DNA of 64,000 bases from Patescibacteria group bacterium (GTDB lineage Bacteria > Patescibacteriota > Patescibacteriia > Magasanikbacterales > UBA922): assembly GCA_041651535.1 (NCBI GenBank), contig JBAZIZ010000004.1:24341-88340 (forward strand). Reading direction: 5' to 3'. Positions 54,515 through 63,344 of the stretch are shown in pieces. Each line of letters begins with the position of its first letter. Within the stretch, counting starts at the first letter, position 1. The notes under the pieces were generated by a model, which did not search any database, was not told the origin of the DNA, and saw only the letters and a program-made list of their open reading frames with translations. Both the position numbers and the translations under genes were made by a program.

Positions 54515-55570
54515 TTATTCTTCAATTTGTTCAATTTTCCCTGGTTTGCCATTTTCTTCTTCTGGGGCTTCGCCTCTTTTTATAACTTCCCAAATTCCTT
54601 TATTTATTTCTAACATTAATTTAGGATTTTCTTTTAAAAATACTTTGGCTTTTTCACGTCCAACACCTAATTTTATATCATTATATGAATAACTACTACC
54701 TGATTTGCTGACAATTTTGTAAAAAACTCCAGTATCTAATAAATCACCAGCAATAGAAATTCCTTCATTATACATAATATCAAATTCTGTAGTTTTGAAT
54801 GGAGCGGCTACTTTATTTTTGACAACTTTAGCTTTTACACGATTTCCAATTATTTTATCGCCTTGTTTTATTTGGGCTGAGCGACGAACTTCAATTCTAA
54901 CTGATGAATAAAATTTTAAAGCATTTCCACCAGTTGTAGTTTCAGGATTTCCAAAAAATACTCCGATTTTTTGTCTGGTTTGATTGATAAAAACAACAAT
55001 AGTATTTGTCTTACTAACTATACCAGTAAGTTTTCTCAAAGCTTGACTCATAAGTCTAGCTTGAAGTCCCATGTGTGAATCCCCCATTTCACCTTCAATT
55101 TCAGCTTTTGGAACCAAAGCAGCCACTGAATCAACAACTACAACTTCAACAGCATTTGATCTGACTAAAGTTTCCAAAATTTCCAAAGCTTGTTCGCCTG
55201 TATCTGGTTGGGAAATAAATAAATTATTTACATCAACACCAATCTTTCTAGCATAATCTGGATCTAAAGCATGTTCAGCATCGATAAAAGCAGCAACTCC
55301 GCCTTTTTTTTGCACTTCAGCTACGATATGTTGGGCTAAAGTTGTCTTTCCACTAGATTCTGGTCCAAAAATTTCAATTATTCTACCTCTTGGAACTCCG
55401 CCTACTCCTAAAGCAATATCCAATGAAATTGAACCAGTAGTCACTGAATCAACACTAGTTGAATGAGCTTCACCAAAACGCATTATAGAACTATTGCCAT
55501 ATTTTTCTTTTATTTGTTCAATAGCTAAAGCAGCCGCTTCCATTTTTGGATTTTCCGTTTTTTTTGCCAT
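54515..55570 (-). CDS. recA: Recombinase RecA
   Basis: 351 aa, Walker A (GPESSGKTT), conserved RecA core. Confidence 0.97.
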   Translation of the reverse strand: MAKKTENPKMEAAALAIEQIKEKYGNSSIMRFGEAHSTSVDSVTTGSISLDIALGVGGVPRGRIIEIFGPESSGKTTLAQHIVAEVQKKGGVAAFIDAEHALDPDYARKIGVDVNNLFISQPDTGEQALEILETLVRSNAVEVVVVDSVAALVPKAEIEGEMGDSHMGLQARLMSQALRKLTGIVSKTNTIVVFINQTRQKIGVFFGNPETTTGGNALKFYSSVRIEVRRSAQIKQGDKIIGNRVKAKVVKNKVAAPFKTTEFDIMYNEGISIAGDLLDTGVFYKIVSKSGSSYSYNDIKLGVGREKAKVFLKENPKLMLEINKGIWEVIKRGEAPEEENGKPGKIEQIEE

Positions 55571-55602
55571 ATTTTTTTATTTAAAATAAGTATTATTTAA
55601 TA

Positions 55603-55649
55603 ATTTTACTATTTTTAGGTTTTAGTGTCAAATAAAGATATCTTTATTT
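55603..55649 (-). promoter_or_regulatory. recA promoter (TTGACA-N17-TAAAAT) overlapped by a perfect 20-bp palindrome (candidate operator)
   Basis: -35 at 55626-31 (minus). The palindrome AAATAAAGATATCTTTATTT at 55630-55649 covers the -35 and upstream flank. Confidence 0.4.
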
Positions 55650-55707
55650 ACTTTATAAAATTATAGTGTTAAAATAAATAAAACTAATATATTATTTAAT
55701 TTTTCTT

Positions 55708-56328
55708 ATGAATATTTTTTTTAGCCCAGAAAGAGGTGGCTCACACGAAACAAAAAAACAACCTTTAAATTTAATTGAAAATTTTGAACAGATATTGTCT
55801 AAAGCCAAACAAGAAAATCAAGGAAAAGAAAATTTGATAAACGAAAAAGTTTTAATACAAATAGAAAAAAACAAAAAAAATGTAGAAAAAAATGAGCAAG
55901 ATTTTAAAGAATTGTTTGAAGATTTTTCAACACGAATTTTAAAATTTTTGGAAAATCCAAAAAATCAATTGAACGATGACAAAGCTGATTTTTTCCAATA
56001 CGGCGGAAGTGGAACAGAATTTGGCATGCTTAATAAAAATGGAAATTTTGAAAATGTTTACACCCATGGAAAAATCGTTGTGGTCAAACAAAACATGATA
56101 AAAATATTTTTAAGTACTATACGTTCTTTAAATGAAGATAATAAATTGGATCAATTACACATTGATTCTTTAAATATGGAATTTGGGGATAATACAATTT
56201 CTCGTTCCCCTTTTGCTGCAGAATTTTCTTTAAATAGAAGGCAAACAGAAAATTTAAAAAAAATTTTAAAAGAAGAACTAAATGAGTATTCTACAAAATT
56301 ACAAAAATCGTTAGACCTTTTAAAATAA
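55708..56328 (+). CDS. Hypothetical protein (206 aa)
   Basis: Long ORF; no recognisable family; its terminator is immediately downstream. Confidence 0.5.
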   Translation: MNIFFSPERGGSHETKKQPLNLIENFEQILSKAKQENQGKENLINEKVLIQIEKNKKNVEKNEQDFKELFEDFSTRILKFLENPKNQLNDDKADFFQYGGSGTEFGMLNKNGNFENVYTHGKIVVVKQNMIKIFLSTIRSLNEDNKLDQLHIDSLNMEFGDNTISRSPFAAEFSLNRRQTENLKKILKEELNEYSTKLQKSLDLLK

Positions 56329-56343
56329 AAAAATAATTTACTA

Positions 56344-56382
56344 AAAAAACCACCTCTTATATTTCAGGTGGTTTTTTATTTT
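56344..56382 (+). terminator. Terminator, copy 1 of an identical 39-nt repeat (CCACCT-cttatatttc-AGGTGG plus T-run)
   Basis: AAAAAACCACCTCTTATATTTCAGGTGGTTTTTTATTTT. Confidence 0.7.
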
Positions 56383-56453
56383 ACTTTTTATTTTTTAGAT
56401 GGTAAAATTAAACTAGACGATTAAAAAGTCTCGACAATATTTAAATAAACAAT

Positions 56454-57086
56454 ATGAGTGAAAAACTGGAAATCTATGACTTAAATTCTAATTTAATAAA
56501 AATAGAAGACAGAAAAAAATTCTATTCAGATATTAGAGAAGAATACAAGAAAAAAAACAAAATTTCTAAGAAAGTAAAATCAATAAGACTAATCTTGATG
56601 AATTCTTCAGGTAGAATTTATTTACAAAAAAGAAGCAAAATAAAGTCAGAAAATTCAGGATTATATGACAAAACTGTTGGTGGACATGTATCTGCAGGAG
56701 ATAGCTTTGATATGACTGTAATACGAGAATGTGCTGAAGAATTAGGTTTTCCAGCAACTGTTTTATCGCCAGAAGAATTTGAAAAATCAATCAAAGTAAC
56801 TAACCTGGAAATTATTGGGATTTTTAAAAAAATTGAATATATCCCTAACTTAATATCAGAGAGAATAATGAAAAATAAATCTAAATTTATTCAACCGTTT
56901 ATGAATTCTTTCTACATTGGATATTATGATGGTCCGATAAAATTTGCAGACGGAGAAAGCTCAGGTATCGAAGTTTTTTCTCTAGATGAATTAAAAAAAG
57001 AAATCAAACAAAATCCAGACAAATTTACTGAAGATATAAAATACATGATTAACAGATACGAAAAATATTTAATTCCTATAAAATAG
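56454..57086 (+). CDS. NUDIX hydrolase
   Basis: Nudix box GGHVSAGDSFDMTVIRECAEELGF (GX5EX7REUXEEXGU). Confidence 0.8.
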   Translation: MSEKLEIYDLNSNLIKIEDRKKFYSDIREEYKKKNKISKKVKSIRLILMNSSGRIYLQKRSKIKSENSGLYDKTVGGHVSAGDSFDMTVIRECAEELGFPATVLSPEEFEKSIKVTNLEIIGIFKKIEYIPNLISERIMKNKSKFIQPFMNSFYIGYYDGPIKFADGESSGIEVFSLDELKKEIKQNPDKFTEDIKYMINRYEKYLIPIK

Positions 57087-57106
57087 AATTTGAAATTAAT
57101 TTATCA

Positions 57107-57145
57107 AAAAACCACCTCTTATATTTCAGGTGGTTTTTTATTTTC
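57107..57145 (+). terminator. Terminator, copy 2 of the identical 39-nt repeat
   Basis: Same 39-nt string as 56344-56382. Confidence 0.7.
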
Positions 57146-57192
57146 TTTAAATTTCTTCCCCCTAATAGGGGGAAGTCAGAAGGGGGTTATTC

Positions 57193-59619
57193 TTATTTTT
57201 TTCCAAACAAACTTCCAATCAATCCTTTCTTTTCTTTTTTCTCTTCAACTTTTACTACTGGTTTTTCTCCGGTTCTTTTAGAATCTGAATGATTTCTATT
57301 AAAATTATTATTTGGTCTTCCGTTATTTCTATCATTATTTCTATCATTATTTCTATTTCCATGACGATAATCATTTCTTCTATCATTATTTCTAAAATTT
57401 CCATTTCCTCTATTATTTCGATCACTATTTCTTGGACCTCTATCTTCTCTATTATTTTCTGTAAAATTTTCTGGTTTATCTTTCAAAATTTTCATGCTTA
57501 AATTTACTCTGCCCATGTTGTCTATTTCTTTGACTTTTACTTTTACAACATCACCTAATTTTAAAACATCACTAGGTTTATTTGTTCTTTCCCAAGAAAT
57601 TTCACTCACATGTACTAAACCGTCTTTTCCAGGAAGCAATTCTACAAAAGCACCAAAATCTTCCAATCTAACAACTTTTCCATCATAAATTTCACCAGCT
57701 TCAATTTCTTTTGTTAAATCAGTAACCATTTTTATAGCTTTTTTCATTCCTTCACCATCTGAAGAAGTGATAAGAACACGGCCGTCTTGTTCAATATCAA
57801 TTTGAACACCAGTTTCAGCAATAATTTTATTAATTACTTTTCCACCAGGACCGATTACATCTTTTATTTTTTCTGGATTAATTTGAATAGTTTCAATTCT
57901 TGGAGCATATTTTGATAGTTCTGCTCGAGGAGAAACAATCGCACTATTCATAACTCCTAAAACTTGTAATCTGGCTTCACGAGCTTGTTTAATTGTTTGT
58001 TTTACTAAATCCCAATTTAAACCATTTGTTTTTGTATCCATTTGGATAGCAGTAATTCCATCAGCAGTACCAGCAATTTTAAAATCCATGCCACCTTTTC
58101 CATCTTCTACATCTTGGAGGTCAGTCAAAACTTTCCAATTACCATTTTCATCAGAAGCAAGTCCCATTGCTATACCAGCAACAGCTTTTTTTATTGGTAC
58201 ACCTGCAGCCATAAGTGACAAACTTGAACCACAAGTTGATGCCATTGAACTAGAACCATTTGAACCCATAACTTCAGAAACTACACGGATAGCATAAGGA
58301 AATTCTTCTTCGCTTGGCAAAACTGCGAGTAAAGCTTTTTCTGCAAGTGCTCCATGTCCAACGGCTCGACGTGAAGGTCCGCGCATTGGAGCTGCTTCTC
58401 CATAAGCAAAAGGAGAATCATTATAATGATGCATATATCTTTTTGTGCCATCTTCTTCCATTGAATCTAAAGTCTGCACGTCACCAGGAGCGCCCAAAGT
58501 TACGATAGAGACAACTTGTGTGTCACCACGCATAAACATTGCACTACCATGAACACGAGGTAATAGATCTATTTCAGAATATAATTCACGTATATCAGTT
58601 AATTTTCTACCATCTAATCTTTGATCTTTTTCTAAAATTCTTTTACTAATTTCACTGCAAATATATTCTTTAATATTTTTTAAAGAATTTTCAATTAAAT
58701 TTTCTCCGATAACTATTGCACCATCTTTATCAGTTTTAATTTCTTTTCCTGTTAAAAATTCTTTTAAATCATGTTTTAATTCATCAATCATTTTGTTTCT
58801 TTCATCTTTAGAAACTTTTGGAGAATTAAAAATTTTGCTATCAGTTTGGGCAGCGATAAAATCTTTTGTCATTTGATTGACGATTTCTTTTGGATCTTGT
58901 AAATCAGTTACAGTTTTTTCTTCTTTAACTACACCGAGTTCTTCTTGAATTTTTTTAATTAAATCCACAACTGCTTTCATTTGTTCACAGCCCCATTTCA
59001 TAGCTGAAAACATTTGTTCTTCTGGAATTTCACTAGCTCGAGCTTCTACCATAACTAATTTTTCTGGAGTACCTGCAACTAATAAATCTAATTTGTTATT
59101 TATTTCTAATTCTTGGTCTGTAATATTTAAAACAAATTCATCATTTGCATTTAAACCAATTCTAGCTCCAGCAATAGGACCATGCCAATTTATTTTTGAA
59201 ATTGACAAAACAACACTAGCTGCAAGCAATCCAACAAAAGAAGCATCATTTTCATTATCAACAGACAAGGCTGTCAAAACAACTTGTACATCATTTCTAA
59301 TACTTTCATCAAACAAAGGACGGATAGCTCTATCAATCATCCGAGCTGATAAAATTGCTTCATCACTTGGACGTCCTTCTCTTTTTATAAAACGAGAACC
59401 TTTTATTTTTCCAGCTGCATATAATCTTTCTTCAAACTCAGTCATGAGTGGAAAAAAATCTATATCACGGACATTTTTGCTCTTAACTACAGTAGCCAAA
59501 ATGGTAGTTTCACCATATTGTACTAGACAAGAGGCATCGGCTTGAAAAGCCATTTTATTTATTTCGATTGAAAGTTTTCTTCCACCCCAATCGATAGACC
59601 AACTTTTTGGTTTTAACAT
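57193..59619 (-). CDS. pnp: Polyribonucleotide nucleotidyltransferase (PNPase) with ~100-aa Arg/Asn/Asp-rich C-terminal tail
   Basis: Two RNase PH domains, KH and S1 domains, then NREDRGPRNSDRNNRGNGNFRNNDRRNDYRHGNRNNDRNNDRNNGRPNNNF... encoded by a 12-nt tandem repeat (ATCATTATTTCT) around 57300-57440. Confidence 0.95.
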   Translation of the reverse strand: MLKPKSWSIDWGGRKLSIEINKMAFQADASCLVQYGETTILATVVKSKNVRDIDFFPLMTEFEERLYAAGKIKGSRFIKREGRPSDEAILSARMIDRAIRPLFDESIRNDVQVVLTALSVDNENDASFVGLLAASVVLSISKINWHGPIAGARIGLNANDEFVLNITDQELEINNKLDLLVAGTPEKLVMVEARASEIPEEQMFSAMKWGCEQMKAVVDLIKKIQEELGVVKEEKTVTDLQDPKEIVNQMTKDFIAAQTDSKIFNSPKVSKDERNKMIDELKHDLKEFLTGKEIKTDKDGAIVIGENLIENSLKNIKEYICSEISKRILEKDQRLDGRKLTDIRELYSEIDLLPRVHGSAMFMRGDTQVVSIVTLGAPGDVQTLDSMEEDGTKRYMHHYNDSPFAYGEAAPMRGPSRRAVGHGALAEKALLAVLPSEEEFPYAIRVVSEVMGSNGSSSMASTCGSSLSLMAAGVPIKKAVAGIAMGLASDENGNWKVLTDLQDVEDGKGGMDFKIAGTADGITAIQMDTKTNGLNWDLVKQTIKQAREARLQVLGVMNSAIVSPRAELSKYAPRIETIQINPEKIKDVIGPGGKVINKIIAETGVQIDIEQDGRVLITSSDGEGMKKAIKMVTDLTKEIEAGEIYDGKVVRLEDFGAFVELLPGKDGLVHVSEISWERTNKPSDVLKLGDVVKVKVKEIDNMGRVNLSMKILKDKPENFTENNREDRGPRNSDRNNRGNGNFRNNDRRNDYRHGNRNNDRNNDRNNGRPNNNFNRNHSDSKRTGEKPVVKVEEKKEKKGLIGSLFGKK

Positions 59620-59634
59620 ACATTTTTAAATTAA

Positions 59635-59694
59635 GTTGATCTTGATACTATAGACCCTTATTCTTTTTAGGGATCTAGCTGTCTCAAGACCAAC
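59635..59694 (-). promoter_or_regulatory. Long imperfect hairpin (~60 nt) immediately upstream of the pnp start codon / downstream of the NYN gene
   Basis: GTTGATCTTGATA...GACCCT...AGGGATC...TCTCAAGACCAAC inverted symmetry read directly. Confidence 0.4.
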
Positions 59695-59706
59695 AATGAA
59701 TAAATT

Positions 59707-60225
59707 TTAAATTAAAAATTTTTTTGGATTTTCACTTAGATCAATAAAATCATCGGCCAATTCCATTAATTTATTTGAAGAAGTTTCGCCAAAAGCTACA
59801 ACTTCAACTTGTTTTCCCATACTTTGTAAATATTCAACTAATGGAAGATAATCACCATCTCCTGATACAATAACTATGGAATCAAGTGAATTTGATAATC
59901 TAATCGCGTCAACAGTCAATCCTACATCCCAATCAGCTTTTTTATTTCCTCCATTAAAAATCTGTAAATCTTTTTCTCTAGTTTCTATTCCTAAATTATA
60001 TAAAGCCTCAAAAAAAGGTTGTTCTTCTTTACCTTCGGTACTAATAACATAAGCAATAGCTCGAATTAATTTTCTTTCAGCTAAAGCTTCGCTAACTATA
60101 TTACCAAAATTAACCTTTTTGTGAAAAAGATTTTTGGCAGAATAATACATATTCTGTACATCTATAAACACCCCAACGCGTTGATCGGGGTGTTTTAGAG
60201 GATTTTTTTTATTCTTCATTTTCAT
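59707..60225 (-). CDS. NYN-domain (LabA-like, PIN-related) putative ribonuclease
   Basis: VGVFIDVQNMYY and VIVSGDGDYLPLV motifs of NYN/LabA proteins; start probably at one of the MKMKNKK methionines. Confidence 0.7.
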   Translation of the reverse strand: MKMKNKKNPLKHPDQRVGVFIDVQNMYYSAKNLFHKKVNFGNIVSEALAERKLIRAIAYVISTEGKEEQPFFEALYNLGIETREKDLQIFNGGNKKADWDVGLTVDAIRLSNSLDSIVIVSGDGDYLPLVEYLQSMGKQVEVVAFGETSSNKLMELADDFIDLSENPKKFLI

Positions 60226-60544
60226 TTTCTTCAATATTATCATCTAAATCTATATCTTCTTCTTGAATATATTGTTTTGTTTGTTTAAGTTTTAAACTTT
60301 TAACCAAATTTTCGTAAGAACTTGCGTTTTCTCTTTGTAAATATTTCAATAATCTTCTTCTTTCACCAACTTTTCTTAACAAACCACGACGAGAAGAATG
60401 ATCTTTATGGTGTTTTTTTAGATGTCCAATCAAATCATCTATCTCAGCTGATAATATTGCCACTTGAACTTCAGTGGAGCCAGTATCGCCTTCATGAGTT
60501 TGATATTTCTTAATTATGTTTTTCTTTTTTATTTTAGTAAGCAT
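60209..60544 (-). CDS. rpsO: 30S ribosomal protein S15 with acidic C-terminal extension
   Basis: Start taken at MLTKIKKK; S15 core (TGSTEVQVAILSAEIDDLIGHLKKHHKDHSSRRGLLRKVGERRRLLKYL); tail EEDIDLDDNIEENENEE. Confidence 0.85.
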   Translation of the reverse strand: MLTKIKKKNIIKKYQTHEGDTGSTEVQVAILSAEIDDLIGHLKKHHKDHSSRRGLLRKVGERRRLLKYLQRENASSYENLVKSLKLKQTKQYIQEEDIDLDDNIEENENEE

Positions 60545-60629
60545 AACATGCAAATTAATTAGCGGGCTATAGATACGCATGTGAATCCAAGTCCGTATCG
60601 CTAAAAGCGATTTTATAAATTAGGCCTCT

Positions 60630-60658
60630 ACTTTAACATATAAGCAAAAATATGTCAA
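60630..60658 (-). promoter_or_regulatory. rpsO promoter (TTGACA-N17-TAAAGT) followed by a GC-enriched structured leader (60545-60629)
   Basis: Minus-strand reading aTTGACAtatttttgcttatatgtTAAAGT; leader hairpins ATCGC-tttta-GCGAT and GATACG-n16-CGTATC. Confidence 0.4.
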
Positions 60659-60704
60659 TAATGATAGTGATTTTTTTGCTTAATTTAGATAAAAAAAGTG
60701 GGTT

Positions 60705-61130
60705 TTAACCCACAATATTTGTCAATTTTTTATGTCTTTTTTTCTTTCTTTTTAAAGAAAGAAAATTAAAATCATCATCAGAACTGGTAGAGTCAGAATC
60801 GTTTTTAAAGTCCTTTAAGCCTTTTTTTGTGATTCTTTTTTTCCTCAGCTTTTCCCAAGCTAAGCACAGATTTTGCTTAGCTTTTTCTTTTTTTGCTAAG
60901 AGTAAAATTTCTTTCTCTTTTTTTTGTTTAAAAAGAGAAATTATTTTATTCACATTAATTTGAATGCACTGTTTATTTTTCTTTTCTTCAAACAGATTAT
61001 CCAAAAAAAATTTTATGGTTTTTTCGCCTTGGTTTAGATATATATCTATCCAAGGTTCTTTTATTTCAAAAACTTTTATAGTTTTTAAAACAAACCTGAG
61101 AAATTCTTCTGTATAAAAACCCTTTCTCAT
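60705..61130 (-). CDS. Hypothetical basic protein (141 aa)
   Basis: Long ORF in AT-rich DNA; Lys-rich; weak similarity to the adjacent ORF; terminator hairpin GTGGGTT-tt-AACCCAC overlaps its stop. Confidence 0.45.
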   Translation of the reverse strand: MRKGFYTEEFLRFVLKTIKVFEIKEPWIDIYLNQGEKTIKFFLDNLFEEKKNKQCIQINVNKIISLFKQKKEKEILLLAKKEKAKQNLCLAWEKLRKKRITKKGLKDFKNDSDSTSSDDDFNFLSLKRKKKRHKKLTNIVG

Positions 61131-61154
61131 TGTATCCTCCTTTTTTTTCTGTAA

Positions 61155-61535
61155 TCAAATATTTTTCCAGCTGGAAATTTCTTCCAGTTTTTTATTTACC
61201 TCTTCTCCTTTGCTTTCTCCTAAGAGAAAAGAAGAAAGTCCTTTTTTGTTCAACTCTTTTTTCAAAGAGTTAACTGAAAGAACTTTAAAAAGAGAAAAAA
61301 TAAAACCTTTTTTTTCAGGAGAAATTTTTATAAAAATCTCCTGAAACCCCGACACACTTTGAAGTGTGTCAAGAACTTTTACAGTAACACAAAAGTTCAA
61401 AAGAATTGTTTTATCTTCTTTCTGAGGAAGATACAAAAAAATCTTTTTTTTAAATTTTCCTCTCATTTTTGATTCTCCTTTATTTAAAGTGCTATTAAGT
61501 AGATTAGTCTTTTTTAATTTTTCTGTCAATAACAA
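61155..61535 (-). CDS. Hypothetical basic protein (126 aa; possibly starts at MRGKF)
   Basis: Long ORF; weak N-terminal similarity to the 60705..61130 product. Confidence 0.4.
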   Translation of the reverse strand: MLLTEKLKKTNLLNSTLNKGESKMRGKFKKKIFLYLPQKEDKTILLNFCVTVKVLDTLQSVSGFQEIFIKISPEKKGFIFSLFKVLSVNSLKKELNKKGLSSFLLGESKGEEVNKKLEEISSWKNI

Positions 61536-61607
61536 AAAAATGAATTATAAAAATTTATCTTAGACATTTTATTTTTTTGTGCTATAATAAAAAAATAAAA
61601 AAAATTT

Positions 61608-62489
61608 ATGATTAAACCAATTATTGAAACAATTAAATCAAATACTAATTATTCTCTTGTGGACAGTGGTGACGGAGAAAAATTAGAAAGATATGGAAAA
61701 ATAATTTTACGTCGTCCAGACCCACAAGCTTTATGGCCAAAAAATTTACCAGAAAAAAAATGGCAAGAAGCTGATGCTTTTTTTGAAAGAAGTGGTGAAA
61801 ACGCAGATTGGCTTTATAAAAAAAATATTGAAAAAAAATGGCAAATAGAATATGAGGGGTTAAAATTATGGATCAAACCAAGTGCTTTTAAACATACTGG
61901 ACTTTTTCCTGAACAAGCTACAAATTGGCAATGGTTTGGTGAATTGATTGAAAACGAATGTAAAAAAGGCAAAGAAATTAGTGTACTTAATCTTTTTGGT
62001 TATACGGGTGGAGCTAGTCTCTATGCTGCCAAAAAAGGAGCTAAAGTTTGTCATGTTGATGGTAGCAAAAGTGCTATCAATTGGGGAAAAGAAAACGCTG
62101 AAATTTCTGGTTTATTGGAAAAACCAATACGCTGGATTTTGGATGATGCCATGACTTTTGTTCAAAGAGAAATTAAACGTGGCAAAAAATATGATGGTAT
62201 TATTATGGATCCACCAGCTTTTGGACATGGACCAAACGGAGAAATGTGGAAAATAGAAAAAGATTTTTTGAAATTATTATCAGCTACAAAACAAATTTTA
62301 ACTGAAAAACCTCTTTTTTATTTAATAAATGGTTACGCCTCTGGTTATTCAGCTTTAGCTTATGGAAATTGCCTCTTACCTTTACAAAAACAACTTGGGG
62401 GCAAAATAGAAATTGGAGCTTTAACTATTTCTGAAGAAAATGGACAAAGAGTTTTGCCATGCGGAATTTTTGGCCGCTGGTCAAAATAA
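61608..62489 (+). CDS. Class I SAM-dependent RNA methyltransferase (RlmI/YccW-like catalytic domain, no PUA domain)
   Basis: NLFGYTGGASLYAAKKGA (motif I) and DPPAFGHG (motif IV DPPxF). Confidence 0.7.
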   Translation: MIKPIIETIKSNTNYSLVDSGDGEKLERYGKIILRRPDPQALWPKNLPEKKWQEADAFFERSGENADWLYKKNIEKKWQIEYEGLKLWIKPSAFKHTGLFPEQATNWQWFGELIENECKKGKEISVLNLFGYTGGASLYAAKKGAKVCHVDGSKSAINWGKENAEISGLLEKPIRWILDDAMTFVQREIKRGKKYDGIIMDPPAFGHGPNGEMWKIEKDFLKLLSATKQILTEKPLFYLINGYASGYSALAYGNCLLPLQKQLGGKIEIGALTISEENGQRVLPCGIFGRWSK

Positions 62490-62495
62490 AAAAAT

Positions 62496-63260
62496 ATGTT
62501 TATAGATAATTTAAACCCGATTTTATTCCAATTCGGTTTTATCACTATTCGTTGGTATGGTGTTTTTTTAGCCTGTGGAATTTTAACTTGTTTTTTTATT
62601 TATCAAAAATTATGGCAAGAAAAAAAATATAATCTTGATTTACTTTATGATCTTTTAATTTGGTTAATCATTGGCGGACTTATTGGCGCCAGACTCGGAC
62701 ATATTATTTTTTATAATTTAACATTTTTTTTAAACAATCCTTGGGAAATTATTTTTATCAATCATGGTGGTTTGTCTAGTCATGGTCTAACTATCGGACT
62801 TTTACTGACTTTGTATTTTTTTGTTAAAAAGAAAAAAATAAATATACAAAAATATATTGATATTTTAATTTTACCAATCCCACTTCTAGCGTTTTTTATC
62901 CGAATTGGAAATTTTTTTAATTCTGAAATTATTGGTAAAGCAAGCGAGCTACCTTGGTGTGTATATTTTCCAAAAAATAATCTAGAACTTGTTTGTCGTC
63001 ACCCAAGCCAATTGTATGAAGCCCTAATTACACTTACTATATTTTTTATTTGTCTTTATACTTATAAAAAAATAAAGTATAGACCTTATTTTATTTTAAA
63101 TTTATTTTTACTTCTTTATTTTTCTACCAGATTTTTAGTTGAATTTGTAAAAGAAAGACATATTTTATTTGACTTCCCGCTCAGTATGGGACAAATTCTT
63201 AGTATTCCTTTTATTATTTATTCTGTTTATTGGTTTTTTAAAAAGCGAGTAAATAAATAG
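62496..63260 (+). CDS. lgt: Prolipoprotein diacylglyceryl transferase
   Basis: 254 aa polytopic protein; RWYGVFLACG and GGLIGARLGH signature. Confidence 0.85.
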   Translation: MFIDNLNPILFQFGFITIRWYGVFLACGILTCFFIYQKLWQEKKYNLDLLYDLLIWLIIGGLIGARLGHIIFYNLTFFLNNPWEIIFINHGGLSSHGLTIGLLLTLYFFVKKKKINIQKYIDILILPIPLLAFFIRIGNFFNSEIIGKASELPWCVYFPKNNLELVCRHPSQLYEALITLTIFFICLYTYKKIKYRPYFILNLFLLLYFSTRFLVEFVKERHILFDFPLSMGQILSIPFIIYSVYWFFKKRVNK

Positions 63261-63273
63261 GTAAGTAAAAAAC

Positions 63274-63305
63274 CTTGACAAAAACCTCAAAAAATGATTA
63301 TATTT
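63274..63305 (+). promoter_or_regulatory. Promoter (TTGACA-N18-TATATT) for the 63345 cassette gene
   Basis: ccTTGACAaaaacctcaaaaaatgatTATATT; strong SD AAAGGAG at 63331-63337. Confidence 0.4.
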
Positions 63306-63344
63306 AGTTAGCTCGTTATCAATTTATTAAAAGGAGAATTACAA

